This document shows positions 40,163 through 53,911 of a stretch of 64,000 nt of DNA, piece by piece (position 1 is the stretch's first letter; every line of letters starts with the position of its first letter). The stretch spans positions 38,688,001 to 38,752,000 of the forward strand of contig OX597831.1 of the NCBI GenBank assembly GCA_951406725.2. The letters run 5' to 3'. This stretch comes from Octopus vulgaris. Taxonomy: Eukaryota. The notes under the pieces are model-generated. The model was not told the DNA's origin and searched no databases. It saw nothing but the letters and a program-made list of their open reading frames with translations. The translations under genes and the position numbers were made by a program.

Positions 40163-40596
40163 ATTCTTTTATTCTTTTATTCTTTAACTTGTTTCAGTCA
40201 TTTGACTGCGGCCATGCTGGAGCTCCACTTTTTTTTTTAATCGAGCAACTCGACCCCGGGACTTATACTTTTGTAAACCCAGTACTTATTCTATCGGTCT
40301 CTTTTGCCGAACCGTTAAGTAACGGGGACATAAACACACCAGTATTGGTTGTCAAGCAATGCTAGGGGGACAAACACAGACACACAAACACACACACGCA
40401 TACATATATATACATATATATATACATATATACGACGGGCTTCTTTCAGTTTTCGTCTACCAAATCCACTCACAAGGCTTTGGTCGGCCCGAGGCTATAG
40501 TAGAAGACACTTACCCAAAGTGCCACGCAGTGGGACTGAACCCGGAACCATGTGGTTGGTAAACAAGCTACTTACCACACAGCCACTCCTGCGCCT
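40163..40596 (-). mobile_element. Full-length C-family SINE
   Basis: Head aggcgcaggagtggctgtgtggtaag, B-box-like gggttcagtccc, CORE-like segment, internal (TA/TG)n, (AAAAGAAT)n tail. Confidence 0.95.
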
Positions 40597-40605
40597 ATAT
40601 ATATT

Positions 40606-40661
<56 letters not shown>

Positions 40662-41404
40662 ATGAGATCACGTATACAAATAGCTATTCATCATCTAAAG
40701 TCAAAATTCCTCATTGCAACTTCAGCTGGTTTACACACTTAGTGTGAGATTCATTCCATTGCTGAAGCATTCCTGGCCTTGATAAATAAGCAATTTCCAA
40801 CCTACTGTTGACCCGTAAGTTTTTCATCAAATAGAATTGAATTTAAATTGTTATATCTGTATCACCACTGTGAATTAATGTATTGACACGAACAACTTCT
40901 TAAATCAATTGAAGCCAACAATATTTGTAGGTGTGTTGAAATGCAAACGAATAACTATTTGTGTGAAGACATACAGCGCAGAAGGGAATTTGTATGGCGC
41001 AGGTGATGGATACAGCAAACCAAACCTCGTCATTATGCTTAAATTCGTTGAGAACAATTACGAAAATTAATGTAAGCTACGTAACTGAAACTTCTATCTT
41101 CAGAGCTTCGAAATAAAAATATGGAATTATGTTTCTAATATGAAAACATGCGTCACTGCTTTTATGATAAAGGGCCGAGATATTTCATACATTCTGGTCT
41201 TATAGAAATTACTGAAAGATCCGGGGTTAATGCTTAAGTGATAAGAGCCACATACTTGTTAACTAAATAAACCTTTACACTCTGTTAGCATCAAATTTGA
41301 ATTTTCAACATATGTCATTACGCTGACAAGTACATTTAGAAATACAGGAAGGTTTTGCATTCACGTGAATGAATGGAAGAATTCATAATAATTGTTTTGC
41401 ATTA

Positions 41405-41815
41405 GGTACAGGCATGGCTGTATGGTAAGAAGTTTGTTTCTCAACCACATACTTCCGGGTTCAGTCCCACTTCGTGGCACATTGAGGAATTGTCTTATAC
41501 TAGAGTCTCGGGCTAACCAAAGAGGGGTAAGTAGATTTAGTCGATGCAAATTGATAGAAGCCTGTAGTATATGTGTTCGTGTTTGTGTGTGTTTGTGAGG
41601 AAGTGTCTTTAAGTTTTTGTTTGTCTCCTACCACAGCCTGACAATCGGTGTCGGTGTGTTTACGCGTCCGTAACCTAGTGATTCGACAAAGACGATTGGT
41701 AGAATAAATACCCGACTTAAAAATAAGTACTGGGGTATATTCTTTTGAGTAAAATACTTCAACGCAGTACCCAGCATGACCGCAATCTAATAACTGAAAG
41801 AATTAAGACATAAAT
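41405..41815 (+). mobile_element. C-family SINE, diverged
   Basis: aggtacaggcatggctgtatggtaagaag...ccagcatgaccgcaatctaataactgaaa. Confidence 0.88.
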
Positions 41816-41921
41816 GATGACAGATTCGTATGCAATTCCACACCGTTTATCTCCTCACTAATAAGCGATACTTATGATGTCACTATAATTTAAAGCATTG
41901 TACTCGAGAAATATCCTTCAG

Positions 41922-42128
41922 ACTGTAAACTTTCTGGCTTTAAGGGTGTCGCGAAAACACTAGTTTGCGGCCCAACCTTCCGATTTCTTTTACAGTGCTT
42001 CGAAACCTGAATGGCCGCCGCAATACGTGTGTGAACCTGAGAGGAAAATATGTTGAATAATATCATAATTAACTGATCTTACTGTATTTTCTTTTACCCA
42101 AAGCCAGGAAATTTTCAATTCTCCCTCG
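41922..42128 (+). mobile_element. Second copy of the mariner-derived MITE at 26752
   Basis: ctggctttaagg...tatgttgaataa...aaagccaggaaattttca...ctcg|TA. Confidence 0.8.
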
Positions 42129-42578
42129 TACACCTGCAAAAACTAAAACCAACATTTCGACCTGCAACAACAACGACTACCAATACGATCATCAGGGCAA
42201 CCAGAAAGAGTAGAACTATGGATGGCTACAATGATCACAGCGTTCACCAACCTCCATAGACCATCGCAGCACTGACAATCACTACTCCAACAACAATGAC
42301 ATCACAGGACCAAGCTACACCGACAACTTCAACCAATAGGAGCTTTGGAAAGAACAATGTTTACACTGAGTGCCACAATTTAAAACAAACAAACTAGTAT
42401 TAATAGCTTTAGCCCTAAGCACAAACACAGTCCCCTACACTGTCACAATTTTTGCTACACTTTGACTATTCTTTGATATTATTAAGAGTAATTGGCTATA
42501 AAGATTACTTTAAATCCTAAATAGATCGAGAGAGAGGGAAAGAGAGAGAGAGAGCGAGACAGAGAGACAGAAACAGAA

Positions 42579-42609
<31 letters not shown>

Positions 42610-43189
42610 GGAACATTTCTTTCATAAAGAAGAGGACAAAACATTCATATGGTACAACCTCATTTTATCGTAGTAGCTTTCGATTTATTATATTACAGAA
42701 GGTTTACAAATTAACAACCAAGATATATTTACCGTTTATTCGTCAACGCCGCCACCTTAATTTCACGTCCAACCATTTTCCTACTCGCTACCGTTTATTT
42801 ACAATATTTTCTTAAAACATATTGCATTGTTTCATTGTCTTGCGAAGTTCTTTGTTGTAAATCGATTGTGAATTTTTCTCCTCTTTATACATACATACAT
42901 ACATATATATATATATATATGATATTTTATATTGTTTTATTTATTTATTATTCCATTTATTTATTTATTATTTATTTATGGATTCTTTTCCACTTTAAAG
43001 TCTGTTTTTGTTTTGAGGATTTGGCGATATAAGTAATTTTCTATATCGGTTTCTTGAATAATATAATCACCTTTTTTTTACTCTTCTTCAAAAGCTGCCA
43101 TTATATTATATATTTTGTGATGTATCAGAAAGATTTAGATAGTGTATATATACATACATATATATACATATTATAAGTGTGTGTGCCTA

Positions 43190-43248
<59 letters not shown>

Positions 43249-43266
43249 ATGTATTCACACACAAGC

Positions 43267-43314
<48 letters not shown>

Positions 43315-45369
43315 ACGATTAAATCACGAAAATATTCAATTATGTCTTCCTGTGTGCGAAAAATGAATTATTTAGTTCAATATTTAATTGTTGAAAATAC
43401 GGACTTGATGAATGGCGTGGTAATGAAAAGGAAATGAAGTGTAAAAGGTTTCTGAAAAACCATTCTAGTTTCAATATTTTACTGAGAAATTTTCACTTTG
43501 AAGTAGAACCCTGAAATACCGCGGCTGGTAATAAACACTTTTGTGTTGAATAAGATTCCGTCTAGTTGTATAATCACAATAGACGCAACAAAAGTAATTT
43601 ACTTCATAGAAGAAAATCATGCTCACGTTACGCTACAGTTTCTTTTTCTTTGAGCAGAATTGAAGATTTGACGAAGAAGTATGCAACTATTTGATATGTT
43701 TTAAAATCTTAGAAAGTATGCACAGACCTTTATAAGGTATTTCTTTATAAAGTTTTATTAAACCACATGTTGAGTTGATTAAATTCTTTTGTTCCAGCTC
43801 AGACATATAAGTATACAAACGTCAAAATACTTTTTTAACAAAGAAATTGTGAAGAAACTAATACTTATTTATTATATTTTCAAGAATTATTTGTACTTAA
43901 TTTTCAGATTAATGTGTAGAAAGCAACATGTTCGCAATACCTTTTTTTTTTTTTGCAGTTTTTGCATGTATTTCTCAATGCGTAAATAATCTTTTTCTCA
44001 TATTACAGTAACCATATAGTTGACTTACATGAAGATATATGTTGGATTACTGGGTATCTCTACTTGTATTTTGTATGCAGGAAGACAAACCATTAGTTTT
44101 ATTGATCATATATGTTAGGTTGTTATTTTGAGATGCTTCAAGAATATAATATCAGGAACAAAAATTGTTTCCCTGCTGTTATTTCCAATAGATGTCACAG
44201 AAGACGTAAATCAGCGAAAATTGTTTAGCAAAGAAAAAACAGATAGAGACGGCGAGAGAGAAACGAAGAAAGAAAGACACAGAGTGAGAGAGAGAGAGAG
44301 AGATGTGGAGGTAATAGAATCTTTCGGGGACTTTCATTCACTTCCGAACAATTTACTACGAAACTATACACAGCGGAGTTTCTGCGTGGTAATTGAATGT
44401 ACCTCGAAGAAATATTTGACAACTTTCTCTTGAATGACATATGAGGAAGATGCGATATGACATAACTAGGACGGTGCTACTGCTACGCAGACCGATATCG
44501 CGAGCGGAATCCGAAGAAAGATCACTCAGACGATTAGTAGTCAATGACTAATGAATAAAATCCAGCGGCTTCCCAACTCATGTGACATCTCGGCTCTCTG
44601 ACATTCCAGCTGATACCATAATGAACTCTACCACTCGGAGCTAGCTACTCTCATGCCGCCAACACTGAGGGGTAATTGACTCGTTTCTCTTTGCCACTCG
44701 CGTCATCAATGTTGTATTTTGTTCCAACTACCCCAGTTTTTTATGGCCCCGTGCTAATCTCTATGCCTTGTCCTTTCCTCCCAAAAGACCGACCATTTGG
44801 AATCTACTCCTTTCTCTTATTTATTTGAACAGGTATTCATCTGTATCAGATTACACGGAGGCGCTATTAAGAGCATCAAACTCCAGGGGTCTCGGTAGGA
44901 CAGCAAAGACTGTACGTGCCTCATCGTCCTCATAAAATTACACACGTGACAAAATGGAAAAATAATACAAATAATACAAAAGTATCGTCCACACGCATCA
45001 CAAAAGGCACATACATATAACAATTACAACATATAACAAAGCGCAGATTCTCCATTTCTATTTCCGTTTCTGTCACACAAACACACACACACACACACAC
45101 ACACTCACACACACACAATGTACGCAATGTACGTAAGGTCGCACATTACTGGATTCAGTAGGGCAAATGTATCAAAGAAAAAGCCTTGTCGTATTCAGTT
45201 ATCTCCGTTTGTTTTGTGACGTCAAAATTTTGTGCAGGTTCGTGTGTCATCCGTTCCAAGCACTCAAATTAAGTGCTCTTATTGGTGTTTGGGTCTTTAG
45301 CATAAAGTTTGGTGCTCTGGCGGGGCGATGTTTTCTTACATATGTGCGTGTACGCATATAAATTTTAGC

Positions 45370-45379
45370 TATCTATATA

Positions 45380-45451
<72 letters not shown>

Positions 45452-45515
45452 GTCTATATATCTATTTATCTATCTACCCATATATCTATATCTATATATA
45501 TATATATATATACAC
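45370..45515. repeat. (TATC)n/(TA)n microsatellite
   Basis: Directly visible. Confidence 0.95.
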
Positions 45516-47028
45516 ACACAAACACAGACACAGAATCACGCTAATAGCTCAGAAGTGAAATTTAGAATTTCTCAGCTTCTGTAAATCGATTTTGATAAAA
45601 CTTTTCCAAGCTGGTTTCCACATTATGGCATCCTCATTGTTATGTTTTCATTATTCTGTATAATGTCCTTTCTATTTTTATTTCAAATTCTTCAGTTTTT
45701 GTGTGAACCACGCTAATAGCTTTTGAATGAAAATAGCCCGTCTGAACATTATTTTTCAGGAAATGAAGGGTAAAATATGTATGTATCACGCCATTTACGA
45801 CCTTAGACATGAACGATTGACAAAGCGAAAGAGAGAAATACTATGCGGCCAAACGAACGTCCGGAGATAGTAACCAAATGTCTTCTAGCGTCTGAAAACA
45901 TGTCATTGTATTTTCGATAATATATAAGTGCAATATACTTGTTGCAGGGAAATTTATGCTGTTCACGGCTGCAATATCTTGGATCATAGCTGCAACGCTT
46001 TTGATCCCACTCAGTCAGGAATGATCTTGGCTTTAAAAGCATCAAAGGAAATCCACCAAACAATCTTAACATTAGAAGATAAAACTAAACACTGTTAGAT
46101 ATTTAGGTTGATGTTTTTGGTTTTTTTTTCTTGGCTGTCATCTTGCAAATATGAAGAAAGAAAAAAGAATATATTGCAGAAACAAAGAGGATATTATTTT
46201 GTGAAGATATATTGACAGATGTTGCTAGAATGACAAACGATCGGGTCTTAAATTTCATTCTAAGGAAACATAGATGCTGGTGAGATAATTGAGAAAAAAT
46301 GTGCACACATGTGCTTATGAATAGATGTGCCTATCAGTTTCACATTTATATACAATATATTGAAATGTCGAACCAACAAGAGAGAATCCACGTGACCAAT
46401 AAACTTGTTAGAAATTGCAGGCAAATCTTACTGAAATCCCACCATACCGTCTTGAAATGTGTAACGTTGTATAATATAGTCGTTCTTAAAGTATGGTTGA
46501 AAGAAAATGGAATTCTCACGAATGGAATCATTTTGGTAGTAGTTCTGGATCAGAAAAAGGCAGGAACTAAACGATAAAATCATGTGTTAAATCGTAAAAA
46601 TTGGAAACATCTTGAGTTAATAATAACTTTACTCTTCCTTTTTTTAAATCTTTTACTTGGTTCAGTCGTTACACTGCGGCCTTGCAGGAGCACCACCTTG
46701 AAGGAATTTGATTAAATGACTCGACATTTTAGGAGTGGAGAAGGAAATGTCAATTATATCAACCACAGATTTTGACTAGTATTTTATTTTATCGACCACG
46801 GAAGGATTAAAGCGAAAGTTCACTGCAGTGGGATTAAGGGTAGAAGGAATGTCTCAGAATGACATAAAGACATTTTGTTCAGCTCGTGGTTCAGCTAATT
46901 CACTGCCTTTAAAATCAGTCAAATTATATCCCGCCACCTTAAAATATTAAAACACGTTGGTTAATACTTGGTATAGTGTACAAGAGGTGTTATACTAATT
47001 ATATTATATTAATTATATTATACTTGAG

Positions 47029-47412
47029 GGATTTTTACCTTTTGACCGACAGATTTAAAAAATAATTTTTTGTAACTAAACACTTTCAAACTTCGGACAC
47101 TCGTAGAATGAGTCATATAAAACATCTTTTACCCGTAGCGTTTTTGAGAAAACTTTATATTTAGGAAGTTATTTCACGTTAAAGTTGTAGCATTTCGGTA
47201 ATTTCAACCAATCAATGACGTGTATTCAGCTGAATAAAATTACTGCCGTTGTTTGTCAACAATAACTATCAGCGGTGTATTTTTCGTTTGTCACTGTAAT
47301 TTTATTCAACTGAATACACGTCATTAATTGGTCGAAATCACCGAAATACTACAACTTTAACGTGAAATAACTTCCTAAATATAAGGTTTTCTCAAAGACG
47401 CTAAGAGTAAAA
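47029..47412. mobile_element. Foldback MITE related to the 7744/32546 family; right terminus lost
   Basis: Left end ggatttttaccttttgaccgacagat; inverted arms about 47121-47245 / 47297-47412. Confidence 0.8.
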
Positions 47413-47436
47413 TATCTATATATATAAAACTGTATG

Positions 47437-47655
47437 ATTCTTTTAATCTTTTGCTTGTTTCAGTGATTTGACTGGGGTCATGCTACAGCACCGCATGTAA
47501 TCGAGCAAATCAACCCCAGGACTTATCCTTTGTAGGCCTAGTACTTATTATATCGGTCTCCGCTAAGTTACGGGGACGTAAACACACTAGTATCGGTTGT
47601 CAAGCGATGTTGGGGGACAAACACAGACACACAAACATATACACACATACATACA

Positions 47656-47705
<50 letters not shown>

Positions 47706-47860
47706 TACGACAGGTTTCTTTCAGTTTCTGTCTACCAAATCCACTCACAATGCTTCGGTCACCCTGAGACTATAGTAGAAGACACTTGCCCAAGTTTCCA
47801 CGCAGTGGGACTGAACCCGGAACCGTGTGATTGGTAAGCAAGCTACTTACCACACAGCCA
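47437..47860 (-). mobile_element. C-family SINE
   Basis: Colinear with the 40163 copy. Confidence 0.92.
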
Positions 47861-48330
47861 GGTGCTGAGTTCACATTCCGACTCGGTCGATTTTGCTTTT
47901 CAACCTTTCGAGGTCGATAAAATAATGTGCCAGTCAAGCACTAATTTCAATGTAATCAATCAGCCCCCTCCCCTCAAAAATTGCTAAATTTGAGCCGAAG
48001 TTAGAAATAATTATTTAGTTAAATAGGACGGAATTATTTCATTCACGTTTTGGTCTCACTGAGCCGTTAAAATGGTTAGCACTACGAGAAAATCCTTAGC
48101 GGCATTTCTTTGGTCTTTACCTCCTGAATTCAAATTCCACTGAGTTCGATTTTGCCTTTCGTACTCTCAGGGTCCATAAAATAAGTAGTAATCGAGCTTT
48201 GGGTTGATTTAATCGACTTGCCCCCTTACTCCAAAATTCCAGGCTGTGTGTCCCAGGGCCTGCTATTTCATACCTGTTGAATACTGTGTTCGATATAATC
48301 AACTTATTCTTTCTCTGAAAACTACTGGAC
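47861..48330 (+). mobile_element. Two to three degenerate M-family SINE pieces
   Basis: gagttcacattccg, gaattcaaattccactgagttcgattttgcctttc, gtcgataaaataa. Confidence 0.7.
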
Positions 48331-51300
48331 TTGTAGCAATAATTTGAAGGATTTATGACATAATTAGCGACTCAGTTCTTTGTTTTTACTCATTTAATTC
48401 ATCAAGATTTATAGGACCTCCATCTACGGCTGGAATGCATTGCCCTAGAAAGCACAACCAGGCTGAATTTTTAGCTATGTAGAGGTCACCGCTAAATGCT
48501 CCAGTCTCAAGTAACTAGTGATATAAATCCATATAAACCAATACGGTTTTCCTCGCCATTTATTTCTCGTTAGCTTTATAATGTTTCCTGCATAAAACAC
48601 ATTCACATTGACATAATTCTTTTCCAGTTAAACTGAGTTACATCAATGCTTTTGTTTTAATCAATATCCAAAGACCGAGTTTGAACTTTTAATAATCATA
48701 TCAGTTTTCTAGTCCAACACCAAAACTTCTTGGCAAATATTCTTTGTAAATGGAAGAGAAAATTTGCCATTTACGAAGTTGTAAACATTTTTACATTTTA
48801 ATGTAAATCGTTCCGTTTGCCAATGTATAATTGAGTGAGATGCAATACGCTATAAAGAATAGGAAAAAAATCGAAAGCATAAATAGCAGAAAACTACGAA
48901 ACAAATAAATATAATACTAACGCCTGCTGCAAATACCAAATAATTATCTATTTGCCATCAATCTGCATTAATTGAAATACATCGTTATTTTATAGAATAT
49001 ATTATTTTTTAATAGAAAAAATAACTCAGTGAAAATACTATAAATGAATAATTTATCCCGTTTTATTTTATATTATGTAGTTAACGTATGATTATTTTTT
49101 AAAGTTAAAATCCATTATCAAAACAACAAAACAACACACATATGTGTGAGTGTATGTGTGTGATATATAATCAATTATGTTACCTAAGTTTTAAATCCAT
49201 TGTCACTGCGTAATCCTTACATTCACTCATGACATTCAGAAATTTATTTTCCATGTAATTTATTTATAAGCCTTATAAATATGCATCTTAACCTCACAGC
49301 GTGCTTGGTTGCTACATATCCAATATATATAGCATCAGTACTTATGGCTCCTAAAAGTTTGAGTCGCCATTATTATTTGTTATATTTCTTGCCATACTGA
49401 ACGAAGGTGCAAACATTTTTATAAACCTTCACCTTTATTTCGATCTAAGCCAAACTTTAAAATATCAATAGTGTGCATATTCATTTTTAACGCCTACCAA
49501 CAGCCTTGTACGTAAATATGCTAATCACCATTGTTCCTCACATTTTCAGAATAACTTCTTCGTTGAGATGATGTATTTTCACAACGTACTAGATTCGGTG
49601 AGGAAGTAAACATTGTCACTCCGCTGTTTCGATTTCATTTGTCTCTTCAGGCAAATCTAAACTTGTATTTCTGAATCTAAACAAAATCGGTTTATAGAAT
49701 TCCTGACAAAAGTGGTGATGTGTGTGCTGATGAGTACTGCTTTCTTCCAAGTCAATAATACGTTATTACGGTTCCGTAAAACACTACGAATGAAAATGAG
49801 ATCGATATTTGTCACCACAAGACTCTAAGAAAAATATCTGCTTACCCAAGGGAAGGAACTCATAACATGTTTGGAAACTCATGTTTGGAAATGGTTCTCC
49901 TTTATCACACAGCCATTCCTGACAAATCTTTTAGCATGTTACTGCAATTATCAGAAATACCTCAAATATTTTTTTACATTCTCATTTGCCAAATGACAAT
50001 TTCATCTACCTGTAATACAGTATTAGTATAATAGTGTCTTTCACAAAATCAGTCGCACGGAACCTTTACGTCGACAGTGCCCCAACAAAAGTGGTTGCAC
50101 AGAGTACATATATGCGTAAATAATTGCGACCAATATTTATCAACTCTGGGAGTAAACATGGAAAATGCAAACAAGGCTCAACCTCGCAGCAATCTAATCT
50201 AGCACCAATAACATCAATTCTGCTTTAAAAAAGCGTTCAAGTTCTCGTGATCGCTGTTGGAGATGGAAAATTGGGCTGATACATAAAGCTGGATGAAATG
50301 TCTATTGCTTTGTTCAATCGTGAATGTTCCTACTTAGGAGTGACTGGTTTCATTTATAGCATTTTCACTGAGTTATTTTTTTCGATTAAAAAATCATATA
50401 GTCTATAAAATAACGATGTATATCACTCTTGTGATATAAATAGTCCAAATGACAGAAACGCTTCTGCTCTTTTACTTATTCACTTTAAAGTTGTTGTTGT
50501 TGTTGAGGCTGTTATTTTTGTTGTTTTTTGACATGACTGTTAGAGCTTTTTTGTTTTGTTGTTGATGAGTGAATGTTGTTTTTCATAACTCTAAGTCACA
50601 ATACATTGAACAGAATTATGACCACTATCCTTAAACCATAATCATCACGTTCTGCTTTTCCCTTTTGTTTGTTTTAATTTGCTTTTCCAAAATACTGTTG
50701 ATGTATATCATGTGATATGTGGCTGCTGTATTAATCGAGTGACAACTAAAGAATCCCTTATTAGTTCTGATAATGTCCTTTTTGTTATAATCATTGCTCC
50801 TCCCTTTCACAATTGCCAAATGTATTCTTATACAAATCATGAAGCAACAAACTAAATTAAGTAAAGGAAATTTATGATTTCTTTGATTAACCAAGTTTGG
50901 CTTTGCTTTAGAATTCATTAATAAGTCCACAAAGATAGACAACATCAGAAATGTCACATAACCACCATGCTGCTAATTATCTCTATGGCTTCACTTACAA
51001 ATCATAAATCAGTTCCCACGGCCATGCTAATGAAGCCTACAATAACGCTATTATTTGGTCCTGTCATGTTCTTTGTCCTATGGTTCTCATGAAACAGAGA
51101 AACATGTAATGCCAATAGGTGGAAACCGAGGATATAATTAAATTATTGGAGCATATTAAATAAGTTTTGATACTACTGAGATTTTGCTAAAATAATAGTC
51201 TACATTCTGCAGTTCTTGATAGAACAAATGAGTCACTTCCCAATATTTTGTCTCAATAGTATGCATTCTTTTCTGAGAATCAGCGTTTTGAGTTTATGAA

Positions 51301-51384
51301 AGTATAAAAGGGACTTCTTGTCTATAATCTGTTTTACAAAACTAGATGGAATTTTAAGGAAATTAGTTATCGATTGGCGCAGCT

Positions 51385-51918
51385 AGGTGCAGGCATTGCT
51401 TGTCTGGTAAGAAGCTTGCTTCTCAACTACATGATTTCGGGTTCTGTCCCACCGCATCGCAGCTTGGGCAAGCGTCTACCTCCAACAACATCAACTCTTC
51501 TGTAACAAAGCGTTCAAGGTATTGTGGTTGCTGTTGAAGATGGAAAAGTGGTCTGGTACATACATTCATACTACGGAAGCATATTCACGGCTAAGGCTCG
51601 AGAAGAAGCACTCACTTTACATCGCCTCGGGCGGACCAAACCTTGTGAGTGAACTTGTTAAACGGAAATTGAAAGAATTCCATCGTATATATATATATAT
51701 AGTGTGTGTGTGTTTGTGTGTTCCTCCACCACCGCTTAACAGCCTGGGTCTCTGTGTTTGCATCCCCGTAATTTAGCAGTACTGCGAAAGATATCGATGG
51801 AATGAGTACCACACTTCCCCAAAAATAGTACTGCTGTCGATTCATTCGACTAAAATCCATCAAGTGGGTGCCCCAGCATGGCCGCAATCTAATGACCGAG
51901 AAAAATAAAAGCTAAAAG
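51385..51918 (+). mobile_element. Diverged C-family SINE interrupted by a ~130-bp insert (about 51481-51611)
   Basis: Head to ttgggcaagcgtct, resumes at tacatcgcctcgggcggaccaa; insert shares aaagcgttcaag...gctgttg.agatggaaaa with 50230-50275. Confidence 0.75.
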
Positions 51919-52096
51919 ATATTTTACTATAAATTTACTAAACATTACTGTCGTACTGTTAATGCCTTCGAGAACCGAATCAGACGATCTTCGCAAAACG
52001 AAACCATGACCAAGGATTTAATATCCATAACCATCCTTATGTTACAGGCAAGAATTAATTTTGATAAAATTATTGAATTTATTAATTTATAGAAAT

Positions 52097-52396
52097 GTGG
52101 AGGCACATGGCCTAGTGGTTAGAGGAGCGGACTCGCTGTCGAGAGATCGCGGGTTCGAATCTCAGAACGAGCGATGTGTGTGTTTATGAGCGAAACACCT
52201 ATGCTCCACGCGGCTCCGGCAGAAGGTAATGGCGAACTTCTGCTGACTTTTTCGCCACAACTTTCTCTCACTCTTTCCTCCTGCATGTTGCATCTCACCC
52301 GCGACGGACGGGCATCCCGTCAAGGTGGCAACCTATACGCCAAGGAAACTGGGAAACCGGCCCTATGAGCCAGGCGTGGCTCGAGATGGAACAAAC
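52097..52396 (+). mobile_element. O-family SINE, third 3' variant, 13-bp TSD
   Basis: aatttatagaaat at 52084-52096 and 52397-52409. Confidence 0.92.
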
Positions 52397-52549
52397 AATT
52401 TATAGAAATAGATTAATATAACATGAAAGCTATTTAGTTGATGTTTCTTACTGCTAGACCAAATCCGTAGAAAATACCTTGATTGTTAAATTGTTTTCTT
52501 TAACGCTTTCTTAATTAGCGTCTTGAATTACAATATGTCTATAAGGGGA

Positions 52550-52655
52550 GGCGGTGAGCTGGCAGAATCGTTAGCACACCGAGTGAACTGCGATCGATCT
52601 AATCGACTGGCCGCCTCCTCCAAAATTTCGGGCCTTGTACCTGGAGCACAAAAGA
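52550..52655 (+). mobile_element. Internally deleted M-family SINE with TSD
   Basis: Head joined directly to short tail; tat(g/t)tctataaggg on both sides. Confidence 0.8.
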
Positions 52656-52810
52656 TTATTTCTATAAGGGAAATTCTATGTAGGAAAATAATCGGCAATG
52701 GTAACAAACAAGTCTACGCTACTATGATGTCTCTGTTCAAAGCAGACATTAGGCGGTGGATGCTTTAAGATGCGAGCTTATTAAATGTGTTACATTATAT
52801 TTCAAAATGT

Positions 52811-53414
52811 AAGGCGGTGAGCTGGGAGAAACGTTAGCACGCCCAGCGAAATGCTTAGCGGTATTTCGTCTGCCACTACGTTCTGAGTTCAAACTCCACC
52901 GAGGTCGACTTTGCCTTTCATCCTTTCGGGGTTGATTAAATAAGTACCAGTTACCCACTGGGGTCCATATAATCGACTTAATCCGTTTGTCTGTCCTTGT
53001 TTGTCCTCTCTGTGTTTAGCCCCTTGTGGGTATTAAAGAAATAGGTATTTCGTCTGCCGCTACGTTCTGAGTTCAAATTCCGCCAGGTCGACTTTGCTTT
53101 TTATCCTTTCGGAGTGGATAAATTAAGTACCAGTTGCGTACTGGGGTCGATCTAATTGATTGGCCGCCTTCCCCAAAATTTCCGGCTCTGTGCCTAGAGT
53201 AGAAGATAATGACTTAGGTGGCGAAGTGGCAGAAACGCTAGCTCGCCGGGCGAAATTCTTAGCGCTATTTCGTCTGTCCTAATTTTGAGTTCAAATTCTG
53301 CCGAAGTCAAGTTTGCCTTTCATCCCTTCGGGGTCGATAAATTAAGTACCAGTTGCGTTCTGATGTCGATCTAATCTCCCAAAATTACGGCCCTTGTGCC
53401 TAGAGTAGAAAGGG
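52811..53414 (+). mobile_element. M-family SINE trimer under one 16-bp TSD
   Basis: ttatatttcaaaatgt 52795-52810 and ttatatttcaaagtgt 53415-53430. Confidence 0.93.
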
Positions 53415-53911
53415 TTATATTTCAAAGTGTTTCATCCATTAGTTGCATGTTTGTGCTGCTGTACATAAAACATAATACAAAACATTTTTGCCCATTCAGT
53501 CACACACGAGTTTGGGAACCTCTACGTATGGGAAGTAACAGAAAAGATATATGATAGTCATCAAATGACGTAATAGCGTTCATTACATTCTTTTGAAATA
53601 TATGCTTTCTTCTTCTCAACGTGACGAAATCTTCATGCACATTGATATTCTTATTCATGTTGGTAACGGGAACTAGCTGGCAGCATCGTAGGTGCTTCGA
53701 GCATAATGCTTAATGGAATTTCTTCAGGCATTCTTTCTTTCTTTCTGAGTGATTCAAGTACCTCCGAAACTAACAGATATTACCTTTCATCCTTTCATTC
53801 CATGAAATAACTACCAGTTGACTAACCACTCCCCTGAACACTATTAGTCTCAGTAAGAAAATACGAAAACAATATTCATATCAGCGAGCATACGTCACCT
53901 ATCAGCGAGCA

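Noticed and set aside
40349-40747. Recurrent [45 protein letters not shown] (also 23055, 54087, 60732)
   Set aside because: Antisense translation of the C-family SINE, not a gene family
49615-49655. Minus-strand cctgaagag...cgaaac hammerhead-like motif
   Set aside because: No UH cleavage triplet or stem I; at most a dead relic
49840-50010. Exon-like minus-strand segment bounded by tattacag and gtaagc
   Set aside because: Stops in all three frames; could only be a non-coding exon and cannot be supported from sequence
50631-50957. 108-aa minus-strand ORF
   Set aside because: GTG start, no recognisable motif; length is compatible with chance
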